Below, in pieces: positions 28,578 through 37,736 of a stretch of 64,000 bases of DNA; position 1 is the stretch's first letter, and every line of letters starts with the position of its first letter. Origin of the DNA: Candidatus Parvarchaeota archaeon (GTDB lineage Archaea; Nanobdellota; Nanobdellia; WJKC01); assembly GCA_030615175.1 (NCBI GenBank), contig JAUWZX010000002.1, positions 62,001-126,000 of the forward strand. Direction: 5' to 3'. Below the pieces are notes generated by a model that worked only from the letters and a program-made list of their open reading frames with translations, was not told the DNA's origin and ran no database searches. The translations under genes and the position numbers were made by a program.

Positions 28578-29176
28578 AAAGTTACTTGATAAATATTGAC
28601 GAATTGCTTGACAAGAACATCTGTTTTTACGGGCAGAGAGAATCAGGTAAAACCACTCTACTTAAAAAAATTGCTGATTCTTTTGAAGGTCCAGTAGTGG
28701 TGATAGATAGTGCAGTACAGCACCCTGATAAATCCTTATTGATAAAACTGCTTGACAGACCACACAAGTTCTTTGAGTCCCCTAGTAAAAACAGAATCTT
28801 AAATGAGAGTGAATTGAAAGATAAGATGGATTCCTCTATGGAGGGTGTTTGGCCAGAGTTTTGTTTTGATGATTTAATGCTTTTTGATGTATCAAAATAT
28901 CTGGAATCCAGCCATCAATTGGGCTGGCCTGAAAGCGTTAAGGAGAGGAATTATTACAAAATCTTATCCAATCAAGTAATAGTGAAGGCTTGTCTTTTAA
29001 GCGATTACGATTTTGCCATAATCACTGACGAAATAGAGTTCACAGGATTTAGCTTTGATATACTAACTAAATTTAATGACAAGTTCAAACTTTTTTCTGC
29101 GGTTCATGATTTGTCAGGAGTATCGCCTGTTAGCGAGTTATATGACTACTTTTTCAGTCTCGAACCTTTGGTTTAA
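28574..29176 (+). CDS. Small P-loop NTPase-like protein
   Basis: Walker A GQRESGKT, Walker B-like IITDE; GTGA overlap with the radical SAM gene. Confidence 0.7.
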   Translation: MKSYLINIDELLDKNICFYGQRESGKTTLLKKIADSFEGPVVVIDSAVQHPDKSLLIKLLDRPHKFFESPSKNRILNESELKDKMDSSMEGVWPEFCFDDLMLFDVSKYLESSHQLGWPESVKERNYYKILSNQVIVKACLLSDYDFAIITDEIEFTGFSFDILTKFNDKFKLFSAVHDLSGVSPVSELYDYFFSLEPLV

Positions 29177-29717
29177 GGAATAACACCCACCCACCCCATT
29201 CTTCCAATGCCTTAAAGAATGATTCTTTTTTGATTTTTTCTTTTCTTATCACGTATTTCTTAGGGTTCATTATGGTATAATATCTATTAGAGATTTCTTT
29301 AAGTACAACGAAATGGCCGCTTCCTTCTTTCTCGTTTATACCTTTTGAAGAGAGCGAAGCAATTACCGAGAACTCTTCTTTAATCATGGTTCTTAATAAT
29401 TCCTCGTTGATTCTTTTAATTTTCAGAACTCCTCCACTCTTGATGAATCTTAAAATCGAGTTATAACCTTTTTTTTTAATTTTGCTCGGTTCAAAAATTA
29501 TTTTTTCTCTTAAAAAGTCTTTTAGGTTGTGTTTGAACCCGGAGAACATTTTTTTACTATTCGTGATGATAAGAGTTTCAAATTTTTTTTGAATCGCGTT
29601 AAAACCTATATCCGTTATCCAGAAATTGTTATGACACTCATCTATTTTTAGTTTATACTTCTTAAAAACATATTTAAGACAGGAATCCCCACAGGACTCA
29701 GACCATTCTTTTTTCAT
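29154..29717 (-). CDS. Stand-alone C39-like cysteine peptidase
   Basis: SCGDSCL (Cys), GHFVVL (His), IMNP. Confidence 0.75.
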   Translation of the reverse strand: MKKEWSESCGDSCLKYVFKKYKLKIDECHNNFWITDIGFNAIQKKFETLIITNSKKMFSGFKHNLKDFLREKIIFEPSKIKKKGYNSILRFIKSGGVLKIKRINEELLRTMIKEEFSVIASLSSKGINEKEGSGHFVVLKEISNRYYTIMNPKKYVIRKEKIKKESFFKALEEWGGWVLFLKPKVRD

Positions 29718-29867
29718 CCTTGAAAAATCAAATCCTTACGCTATTTTAAATATTTTTAGAATTGTTTGGTGATTTCCATTCATTAGAAATAGGCATAAAT
29801 CACGGTAATACTTACTCACATATGGCACACTTTTAATTTAAGGTTTGTTTTACTTGTTTTTTCTTCA

Positions 29868-30065
29868 TGAAACGTGATATTGTTTAAGCTTAGGCGTTGG
29901 TGTATAAGTAAAAAACGACAGGGTTGGCCTGTTGTCAAGATTTGCGCTCACGCGCAAATCCCAAGGAGAACATTCTATAACTGGTGGATTATTTATCAAA
30001 AAGAAGGTTATGAAAGATTAAAGATTAAGTCTCGCAAACCGCACACGATTCATAGAACTCCTGAA
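29868..30065 (+). mobile_element. Truncated IS transposase fragment (IS481-like HTH)
   Basis: VVKICAHAQIPRRTFYNWW..YQKEG...LK.KSRKPH...TPE; no DDE domain follows. Confidence 0.7.
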
Positions 30066-30329
30066 AAATGCCAATCCTTGAAGAAGCCACGCCATTAAAG
30101 ATTATTGCAACAAGAAAAGACTTCCCAGAAACCACATCAAAGAGGTCACCTGAACTTGATGATGTATTATTCACTAGCGGCATAAGAGAACTCAGTAATG
30201 AGTTAGCTAAACTAATAGTTGGCATCTCAGATACTAGAGCAGGAAAAATAATTATTAAAAATCCATTTAAATAGTTAGGGCGTTTGTCCATAAGAGATAA
30301 ATATGAATATTCACCTTAAAGACTAATTA

Positions 30330-31235
30330 ATGCCTAAACTAATAACTGTTATTTTAAAAAACTTAAAAGACAGCATAATGTTTCATATTAATTCAAAGCC
30401 AGTTGTGGCTAATTATGAAATTTCTGCTAACTGCAACCTTAGATGCTACGGCTCTGGATGTTACTTCTTCAAAGGAGATGGAAAATCAAAGTATAAAGAC
30501 TTGTCCTTAGATGAGTGGTCTGAAAGATTCAAAACAGACAGGAAGAATGGAATCAACAAAGCATTCCTAACCGGGGGCGAGCCAATGCTTAGACAAGACG
30601 TTATCAAAGAAGCTTATAAAATATTCAATAGTAATATCCAGATGGTAACTAACGGCACCATCAAAGTGCCGCGCGAACGAGGTTACCCCCCTAACTATTT
30701 TGTTAGCATTGATGGTAACAGAAAATGCCACAATAAGATAAGGGGTTTAAATATTTTTGACAAAATAATGAAAAATGTAAAAGGAGACAAACGTGTTTTG
30801 TTTGCGCCAGTGTTATCCAGATTAAACAAGGACCAAGTCTTCAACATAGTGGAAGAAACTATAAAAGCGGAAGTGAGAGGGGTTGTCTTCAGTTTCTTCA
30901 CTCCTGGAAAAAAAGGCAGTGAATTAGTTCTGAAAGGCGCGGAATTAGATAAAGTCATTGATGATATACGAAAAGTAAAAAAGGATTATGGAAAGATTAT
31001 TATGGTCAGTGAAAAAATGCTGGACATATTTAAGAATAAATCCCATGTCAAGAATTGTTATTTAAGAAAGAAGTGGGCGATTACTTATGACCCGGAAGGC
31101 AAAATTAAAATGCCCTGCGTGCTTGGAGAAGATGTAAAATGCAGTGAGTGCGGTTGTGTCGTACCAGTTATAATTGAAGGCATAAAGAAATTAGATTTGG
31201 AAACAATTCGTGCAGCAGTAAACATGGTTCATTAA
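30330..31235 (+). CDS. Radical SAM protein with CxxxCxxxxC motif
   Basis: CNLRCYGSGC, TGGEPML, VTNGT, VSIDG, C-terminal PC..G..CSECGC. Confidence 0.88.
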   Translation: MPKLITVILKNLKDSIMFHINSKPVVANYEISANCNLRCYGSGCYFFKGDGKSKYKDLSLDEWSERFKTDRKNGINKAFLTGGEPMLRQDVIKEAYKIFNSNIQMVTNGTIKVPRERGYPPNYFVSIDGNRKCHNKIRGLNIFDKIMKNVKGDKRVLFAPVLSRLNKDQVFNIVEETIKAEVRGVVFSFFTPGKKGSELVLKGAELDKVIDDIRKVKKDYGKIIMVSEKMLDIFKNKSHVKNCYLRKKWAITYDPEGKIKMPCVLGEDVKCSECGCVVPVIIEGIKKLDLETIRAAVNMVH

Positions 31236-32095
31236 TCGATTTCTTGCCAGTCAGGCCCTATTACTTCTCTGCCTGGTAGTTTATGAAAAACCATTTCTTC
31301 TTCGCAAAAATAACCTTTGTCAAATATCTGTGTTATATAAGGCGCATCATGTGTGCTGTAAGGCCAGCGTTCTACATCCTTTAGTATTAATAAAACTGTA
31401 GCGAGATGCTTATGTTCTTCACATTCAACTTTAATTTCTTTACCATCACAAGAAATTATTTTCATTGCTCCAATCTTGTCTTCACGCTTAAATGAAGAAA
31501 CATCATGTACATCAAGCAAATCCTTCGTAGTCTTATAACCCGGTAACAATTCCTGCGGGTAATAAATTGTTTTAGGATTATAGCATCCTTCTTTTTTCTC
31601 ATGTGAAATCCTTTTTAACACAGACTTAACATTCGTGATATCTTTTAAGATAACTTCATCTATTTTATGGAAAACATTATGCTGGTTTTCGCGATAAATA
31701 ATTCCTAAATCATAAATGTATCGAGTAAATTCTAAAGTAGAATCAAGTTCTGCATCTTTTAATATTAATAAAACTGTACCAAGGCGATTATGTTCAGGGT
31801 ATCTCATTTTAATTCCTTTACCATCACATGAAATTACCTTTACTCCTCCAATTTTATCCAAACGATCAAATAAACAAGTAGGGACATTACTGCACAATTC
31901 TCCTGTTTTACTGTAATCTAATAATTTACCACTCGGATCCAGCAGATTATCATAATAAACCACTTTATGGTCTTTACAATCCTCTTTCTTTCCGTACAGA
32001 ATCTTTGGCAATATTGATTCAAGTTCTTCAGGGCTTCTAATCAATAAATTAATCATATTAATCACAGAACAACAGAATCTTAATAATTTTTCCAT
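31232..32095 (-). CDS. Hypothetical protein with internal two-fold duplication
   Basis: KIGGVKVISCDGK..H..LGTVLLILKD and KIGAMKIISCDGK..H..LATVLLILKD. Confidence 0.75.
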   Translation of the reverse strand: MEKLLRFCCSVINMINLLIRSPEELESILPKILYGKKEDCKDHKVVYYDNLLDPSGKLLDYSKTGELCSNVPTCLFDRLDKIGGVKVISCDGKGIKMRYPEHNRLGTVLLILKDAELDSTLEFTRYIYDLGIIYRENQHNVFHKIDEVILKDITNVKSVLKRISHEKKEGCYNPKTIYYPQELLPGYKTTKDLLDVHDVSSFKREDKIGAMKIISCDGKEIKVECEEHKHLATVLLILKDVERWPYSTHDAPYITQIFDKGYFCEEEMVFHKLPGREVIGPDWQEID

Positions 32096-32159
32096 TCTAA
32101 AAAATGACTTTCAAATACAACAAAAATTAAAAAACATTAATTAATTAAGATTAATTAAT

Positions 32160-32750
32160 ATGATTGCTCTTTTTGGCGGTAGTTTCGATCCAGTGCACAT
32201 TGGGCACATAAAAATAATAGAGAAAGCCGTGAAACATTATAATCTAGAAAAAGCAAAATTCATACCAGCATACCAGTCAAAATTAAAAAAGGACTGCCAT
32301 GCAAGCGCAGAGCACAGGGTAAGAATGCTGGAATTAGCAATAAAGAACAAACCATTTCTTGAAATATCTGACTATGAAATAAGAACAAGGAATTCATACA
32401 CGATAAACACAATCAATCACTTCAAGAAAAAATTAAAACAGAATCCAGTATTCATTATTGGAACAGATGCATTACTGGAATTAAGCTCATGGAAGTCGCC
32501 AAGTGAATTATTAAAAAAAACTGAATTCATAATTATTAAAAGAAATCATGACACTGAAACACAAATCAGAGAATACTTAACTCAAAAATTTCCAAACACT
32601 GATTCTACAAAAATTCATTTCCTTAATTTGAAAACAATTAATATCTCATCAACAATGATAAGGCATAGAATAAAAAAAGGAAAATCAATAAAGCACTTAG
32701 TGCCGCCAGGAGTAGATGAATACGTAAAAGAAAATAAACTATATATTTAA
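32160..32750 (+). CDS. nadD: Nicotinate-nucleotide adenylyltransferase (bacterial NadD type)
   Basis: GGSFDPVHIGH, SYTINT, IIGTD..W, ISSTMIR. Confidence 0.9.
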   Translation: MIALFGGSFDPVHIGHIKIIEKAVKHYNLEKAKFIPAYQSKLKKDCHASAEHRVRMLELAIKNKPFLEISDYEIRTRNSYTINTINHFKKKLKQNPVFIIGTDALLELSSWKSPSELLKKTEFIIIKRNHDTETQIREYLTQKFPNTDSTKIHFLNLKTINISSTMIRHRIKKGKSIKHLVPPGVDEYVKENKLYI

Positions 32751-32771
32751 CAAATATCTAAAAAAACCAGA

Positions 32772-33302
32772 ATGATTGAAGTCGAGGTACGCGCATTCAT
32801 TAATGAAGAAGACTATGAAAGGCTTAAGGAATTCTTCGAAAAAAATGCGCGATTAATTAAGGAAGATGAACAGGAAACTCATTACTTTGACTGCGAACAG
32901 GACTTAAGAATACAGCAGGCAAGTGATTACGCCAAGGTATGGCTAAAGAAAGGAAGAATACACGACGAGCACCGCGAAGAAATAGAAATTAAAGTAAGGC
33001 GAGAGGAATTTAATGAATTAAAAAAATTATTCAAAGCCCTGGGATACGAAGTCAAGGTTAAGTGGCTGCGCAAGAGAATCGCTTACGCGTGGAAAGGAAT
33101 CACAGTATATATTGATAACACAAAAGGTTACGGTAAAATAATTGAACTAGAAAAACTAACAAATGAAAATAATAAAATTGAAATATTAAATGAATTAAAA
33201 AATGAAATGAAAGCGTTAGGCATTAAGATAACACCCAGACAAGTGTTTGAACAAAGATTCAATGAGTACTTAAGGAATTGGAAAAAGTTAAAAAAGGATT
33301 AG
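32772..33302 (+). CDS. CYTH / class IV adenylate cyclase-like protein
   Basis: IEVEVR (ExExK-like), EEIE, IELE. Confidence 0.85.
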   Translation: MIEVEVRAFINEEDYERLKEFFEKNARLIKEDEQETHYFDCEQDLRIQQASDYAKVWLKKGRIHDEHREEIEIKVRREEFNELKKLFKALGYEVKVKWLRKRIAYAWKGITVYIDNTKGYGKIIELEKLTNENNKIEILNELKNEMKALGIKITPRQVFEQRFNEYLRNWKKLKKD

Positions 33303-33320
33303 AATTAATTATTACTTAGT

Positions 33321-33421
33321 GGGTCCGTAGCTCAGCTTGGTAGAGCACCTGGCTTTTAACCAGGCAAACACATTCCTTGGAAGATACCAGGGTGTCGGGG
33401 GTTCAAATCCCCTCGGGCTCA
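33321..33421 (+). tRNA. tRNA-Lys(TTT) with 27-nt intron at 37/38 (33359-33385)
   Basis: CCTGG-CT-TTT-A[intron]A-CCAGG; BHB helix CTTT/GAAG. Confidence 0.9.
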
Positions 33422-33461
33422 CTGACAAAACTTAAAAATAGTTAATAACTAAAATTTCTTC

Positions 33462-33893
33462 ATGACAGAGGAGCAATGCATTTTCTGCAAGATAGTGAAA
33501 GGTGAGATTCCATCAATGAAGGTTTATGAAGACAAATATGCAATAGCCTTCCTGGACATTAATCCAGTAAATCCAGGGCACACACTAATAGTGCCAAAAA
33601 ATCATTACACAACTCTGACGGACTTGCCAGTAACTCTCGCGCAACACTTAACAATGGTTTCATGGAAAATAATGCAAGCAGTGAAACAAGAAATTAAACC
33701 AGTAGGATTCAATGTAATAAACAATAATGGAAAACGGGCAGGGCAATTAGTACCTCACTACCATATACATGTAATACCAAGATTTGAAGGTGATGAAAAA
33801 AGATTTGGAATGCTGTGGGTTACTAAAAAATTAGAAGAAGAGCAAATGAAGAACTTGCAGAAAGGAATAAATGAAAATATTTCTAAATTATGA
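33462..33893 (+). CDS. HIT family hydrolase
   Basis: CIFC, GHTLIVPK, HYHIHVIPR. Confidence 0.93.
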   Translation: MTEEQCIFCKIVKGEIPSMKVYEDKYAIAFLDINPVNPGHTLIVPKNHYTTLTDLPVTLAQHLTMVSWKIMQAVKQEIKPVGFNVINNNGKRAGQLVPHYHIHVIPRFEGDEKRFGMLWVTKKLEEEQMKNLQKGINENISKL

Positions 33894-34013
33894 GTTGGCC
33901 AACCTCAGGAACGAAACATTTAAAAAGAGGAGATAGTTTCTTGAGTAAATAATGCAGAATTTTAATGAAAATTATCATGAAATTAATTAAAATTCCCCTG
34001 GTTGGCTTCACTT

Positions 34014-34340
34014 ATGACAACGAAAAAACAAACTAAAAAAGGAGAGGACTCTCGCAAGAATAAAGTCCAACGCGAAAAGACAGTTAAAGAAGGCGGGGAA
34101 GGGAAGAAAACCACTCTTTTTGACCATGTATTAGTACCACAACACAGAATATTAAATGATGAGGAAGCAATTGAATTACTGTCAAAGTACAAAATCACTA
34201 AATCATTACTGCCAAGAATTTCAAGCAAGGACCCGAGCATTAAATTACTAAAAGCAAAATCCAGCGACATAATAGAAATAATAAGAAACAGTCCAACTGC
34301 AGGTGAAGCAAAATATTACAGAGTGGTGGTCACTGATTAA
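34014..34340 (+). CDS. rpoH: RNA polymerase subunit H (Rpo5)
   Basis: HVLVPQH, LPRI..KDP, SPTAG..YYRVV. Confidence 0.93.
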   Translation: MTTKKQTKKGEDSRKNKVQREKTVKEGGEGKKTTLFDHVLVPQHRILNDEEAIELLSKYKITKSLLPRISSKDPSIKLLKAKSSDIIEIIRNSPTAGEAKYYRVVVTD

Positions 34341-34423
34341 AAGTAATAATATTATTAAGGGGTTACGCTCTAAGGGGGCCTGCCCCCTGAGAGCAAAATA
34401 TTACAGAGTGGTGGTCACTGATT
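34307..34423 (+). repeat. 32-bp direct repeat of the rpoH 3' end flanking a 53-bp hairpin-containing insert
   Basis: agcaaaatattacagagtggtggtcactgatt at 34307-34338 and 34392-34423. Confidence 0.9.
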
Positions 34424-35927
34424 GATTAATTATAAAGATTTACTAAAGGCTTATTATAAAGAGAAAAGCCTGATAGGCTTTAATATAAAATCCTTCAATA
34501 AATTCGTTAATGAAAGAATGCAAGTAGTTGTTGACGAAGTAGGGAAATTAGTGCCAGACATCCTGCCGCCAAACGTAACAGACTTTGAAATGGTGTTCGG
34601 AAAAATATGGGTTGAGAAGCCAATGATCCGAGAGGCAGACGGCACAGAAAGACCAATATGCCCAATGGAGGCAAGACTAAGGGATTTAACTTATGCAGCG
34701 CCAGTAATGCTTGAAATGCACTACAAGAAGGACGGCGTTGAAAACGAAAAAAAGACAATACATATAGGCAATATGCCAGTAATGATTAAGTCAACCCAAT
34801 GCTACTTAAAAGAGTTAAACAGGGAGGAATTAATAAAAAAAGGAGAAGACCCAATGGACCCTGGCGGTTACTTCATAGTTAACGGAACTGAAAGGGTAAT
34901 AGTAATCATAGAAGACTTATCGCCTAACAAGATATTTGTTGAAAGACAAAAAATAGGCCCATACCCTTACATTGCAAAGATATTTTCAGAAGATGACCAG
35001 TTAAGGATTCCTCACTTAATACAGAAAAGCAAGGCAGGATTAATTAATGTCACATTCACAAGGATTAATAAAGCATCAGCAGTGCTGTTACTTAAAGCAT
35101 TAGGTTTAGATAAGGACAAAGACATTGTCGAAGCAATACAGCCAAATGATAGGATGATGAGTGACATTTACATTAACTTATATGAATCAACAGACATTAA
35201 GAATCAAAAACAAGCACTAATAAGTTTAGGCAAGAAACTTGGAGTAACTCAAATTGAGGAAAAAATGATATACAAAGCTCAAACAATGATTGATAAATTC
35301 TTATTCCCGCACATTGGTCATGATGAGAACTCAAGACTGCTTAAAGCACACTACCTTGCAAAATGCATCAGGAAATTACTACAATTATCTTACAGTATTA
35401 TTAAAGAAGATGATAAAGACCACTACATAAATAAAAGACTAAGGCTGTGCGGTGAAATGATGGAAGGATTATTCAGGTTCGCTTTCAGAATACTCGTAAG
35501 CGACATGAAATACAACTTTGAAAGACTAGTGAAGAGAGGTAAACTGCCAAGCCTTCAAGCAATAACTAGAAGCCAGTTATTAACTTCAAGGATTAAAAGC
35601 AATCTGGCAACAGGTGAATGGGTTGGAGGAAGACGTGGAGTAAGCCAACACTTAGCGAGATGCAATTTCGTTGACACAATAAGTCATTTAAAAAGGGTTG
35701 TTTCAAGCCTGACTTCGTCAAGAGAGAATTTTGAAGCACGCGATATTCACCCAACGCACTGGGGCAAGTTATGCGCTTGTGAAACACCTGAAGGCCCTAA
35801 TGTTGGATTAAGGAAGTACTTAGCAATAACCTGCGAGATAAGCACTAACGTGTCAAAAGATGATAATAAAAAAATAATTGACTCATTAAAGAATAATGGA
35901 ATGGAAACAATAAGGGGTTGTAAGTAA
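34422..35927 (+). CDS. rpoB2: RNA polymerase subunit B''
   Basis: EARLRDLTY, GGYFIVNG, ETPEGPNVGL. Confidence 0.96.
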   Translation: MINYKDLLKAYYKEKSLIGFNIKSFNKFVNERMQVVVDEVGKLVPDILPPNVTDFEMVFGKIWVEKPMIREADGTERPICPMEARLRDLTYAAPVMLEMHYKKDGVENEKKTIHIGNMPVMIKSTQCYLKELNREELIKKGEDPMDPGGYFIVNGTERVIVIIEDLSPNKIFVERQKIGPYPYIAKIFSEDDQLRIPHLIQKSKAGLINVTFTRINKASAVLLLKALGLDKDKDIVEAIQPNDRMMSDIYINLYESTDIKNQKQALISLGKKLGVTQIEEKMIYKAQTMIDKFLFPHIGHDENSRLLKAHYLAKCIRKLLQLSYSIIKEDDKDHYINKRLRLCGEMMEGLFRFAFRILVSDMKYNFERLVKRGKLPSLQAITRSQLLTSRIKSNLATGEWVGGRRGVSQHLARCNFVDTISHLKRVVSSLTSSRENFEARDIHPTHWGKLCACETPEGPNVGLRKYLAITCEISTNVSKDDNKKIIDSLKNNGMETIRGCK

Positions 35928-37730
35928 ATGAGCGACTTGTTCTTTAACGGAGTGTTTATTGGAACAGTAAAGAACTCGTTAAGATTTATTAAGAAAATAA
36001 AAAAGGAAAGAAGAGAAGGAAATTTATCATACTTAATGAACTTAATGTATGATGAAAAACATGATAATGTTATTATAACAACTGAAAAAGGAAGAGCGAG
36101 AAGGCCTTTAATAATAGTTGAAAATGGAAAGCCGAAACTAACAAAAGAGTATATTAAGAAATTAAAAAATGGCGAAATAACGTGGAATAATTTAGTTAAG
36201 GAAGGAGTAATTGAATACTTAGACGCATCAGAAGAGGAGAATTCTAAGATTGTAATTAATGAAGATGAACTAACAGAAGAGCATACTCACTTAGAAATAA
36301 GTTCCCTAATAATACTTGGCAATCAAGCATCAATGGTTCCTTACGCAGAACATAACACGGCTACAAGAGATATTTACGGGTCAAAACTATTAAAGCAGGG
36401 ATTAGGGATTTACGCAAGCAATTATTTAATAAGAAGTGACACTGACAGCAACATACTTCACTACGTTCAAAAACCATTAGTTGACACAATCATGTGGAAA
36501 TTAATGAATTATGACATTCACCCGATAGGTTGCAATGTAATTATTGCAATAATGACTTGGGACGGGTATAACATTGAAGATGCAATAGTGATTAATAAAT
36601 CAAGCATTGAAAGAGGCATGTACAGGAGCACTTACTTCAGGCCTTACAAGAGTGAAGAATTAAGATATGCTGGAGGAATAAAAGACTTGATATGCATTCC
36701 TGAAAAAGAAGTTAAGGGTTACAGAATGGAGAAAGTGTACGTTCATTTAGAAGATGATGGGATAATTAATCCTGAAGCAAACATTATGATTGGGGACGTG
36801 CTTGTCGGTAAGACAAGCCCTCCAAGGTTCTTAGCAAGCCTTGAAGAATTCAGAGTGGGTGTTGAAGCAAGAAGGGAAACTTCAACAACAGTAAAACTCC
36901 AAGGCAATGGAGTGGTTGACTCAGTTATGATTTCAGAATCATCAGAGGGAAATAAAATCATTAAAACAAAAGTAAGGGAACAGAGAATCCCTGAAATAGG
37001 CGATAAGTTCTCCTCAAGGTACGGTCAGAAAGGAGTTATTGGAATGATCGTGCCACATGAGTCAATGCCCTTCACCGCTTCAGGAATAACTCCTGACATA
37101 ATATTCAGCCCATTCAGCATCCCGCCAAGAATGACTTTTGCACAAGTAATTGAATGCCTTGCAGGAAAAGTAGCTGCATTAAGAGGCACGCCAATTAATG
37201 GAACGCCATTTAATAATGAAAATGAAACTGACTTAAGAAAGGAATTATTAAAACTCGGGTTTAAGGATAATGGAAGCGAAACAATGTATGATGGCAGGAC
37301 TGGCAAAGAGTACAAGGCGAGAATAATGACAGGCAACATGTTTTACATGAAGTTAAGGATGATGGTTTCCTCAAAGATGCAGTCAAGGGCAAGAGGTCCT
37401 CTAGCACTCCTCACAAGACAGCCGACAGAAGGCAAGGCAAAGGAAGGTGGCTTAAGACTTGGTGAAATGGAAAAAGACTGTCTTATTAGTCACGGCGCAA
37501 CACTATTCTTAAAGGAAAGATTTGACAGTGACAAATCAGTGATGCCTGTATGCAAGAGGTGCGGCACAATAGCAATATTTAATAAATTCAAGAATAAAGG
37601 ATTATGCCCTATATGCGGGGAGAAAAGTGAAATAACCTTAATAGAAATGAGTTACGCCTTTAAATTATTATTAGATGAGTTAAAATCATTATGCATCTAC
37701 CCTAAATTACATATCAAGCCTAAGAGTTAA
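35928..37730 (+). CDS. rpoB1: RNA polymerase subunit B'
   Basis: GYNIEDA, GDKFSSRYGQKG, GGLRLGEMEKD. Confidence 0.96.
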   Translation: MSDLFFNGVFIGTVKNSLRFIKKIKKERREGNLSYLMNLMYDEKHDNVIITTEKGRARRPLIIVENGKPKLTKEYIKKLKNGEITWNNLVKEGVIEYLDASEEENSKIVINEDELTEEHTHLEISSLIILGNQASMVPYAEHNTATRDIYGSKLLKQGLGIYASNYLIRSDTDSNILHYVQKPLVDTIMWKLMNYDIHPIGCNVIIAIMTWDGYNIEDAIVINKSSIERGMYRSTYFRPYKSEELRYAGGIKDLICIPEKEVKGYRMEKVYVHLEDDGIINPEANIMIGDVLVGKTSPPRFLASLEEFRVGVEARRETSTTVKLQGNGVVDSVMISESSEGNKIIKTKVREQRIPEIGDKFSSRYGQKGVIGMIVPHESMPFTASGITPDIIFSPFSIPPRMTFAQVIECLAGKVAALRGTPINGTPFNNENETDLRKELLKLGFKDNGSETMYDGRTGKEYKARIMTGNMFYMKLRMMVSSKMQSRARGPLALLTRQPTEGKAKEGGLRLGEMEKDCLISHGATLFLKERFDSDKSVMPVCKRCGTIAIFNKFKNKGLCPICGEKSEITLIEMSYAFKLLLDELKSLCIYPKLHIKPKS

Positions 37731-37736
37731 CTAGCT

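Noticed and set aside
30025..30291. Overlapping short ORFs after the IS fragment
   Set aside because: No motifs; probably a gene remnant, and the strand cannot be decided
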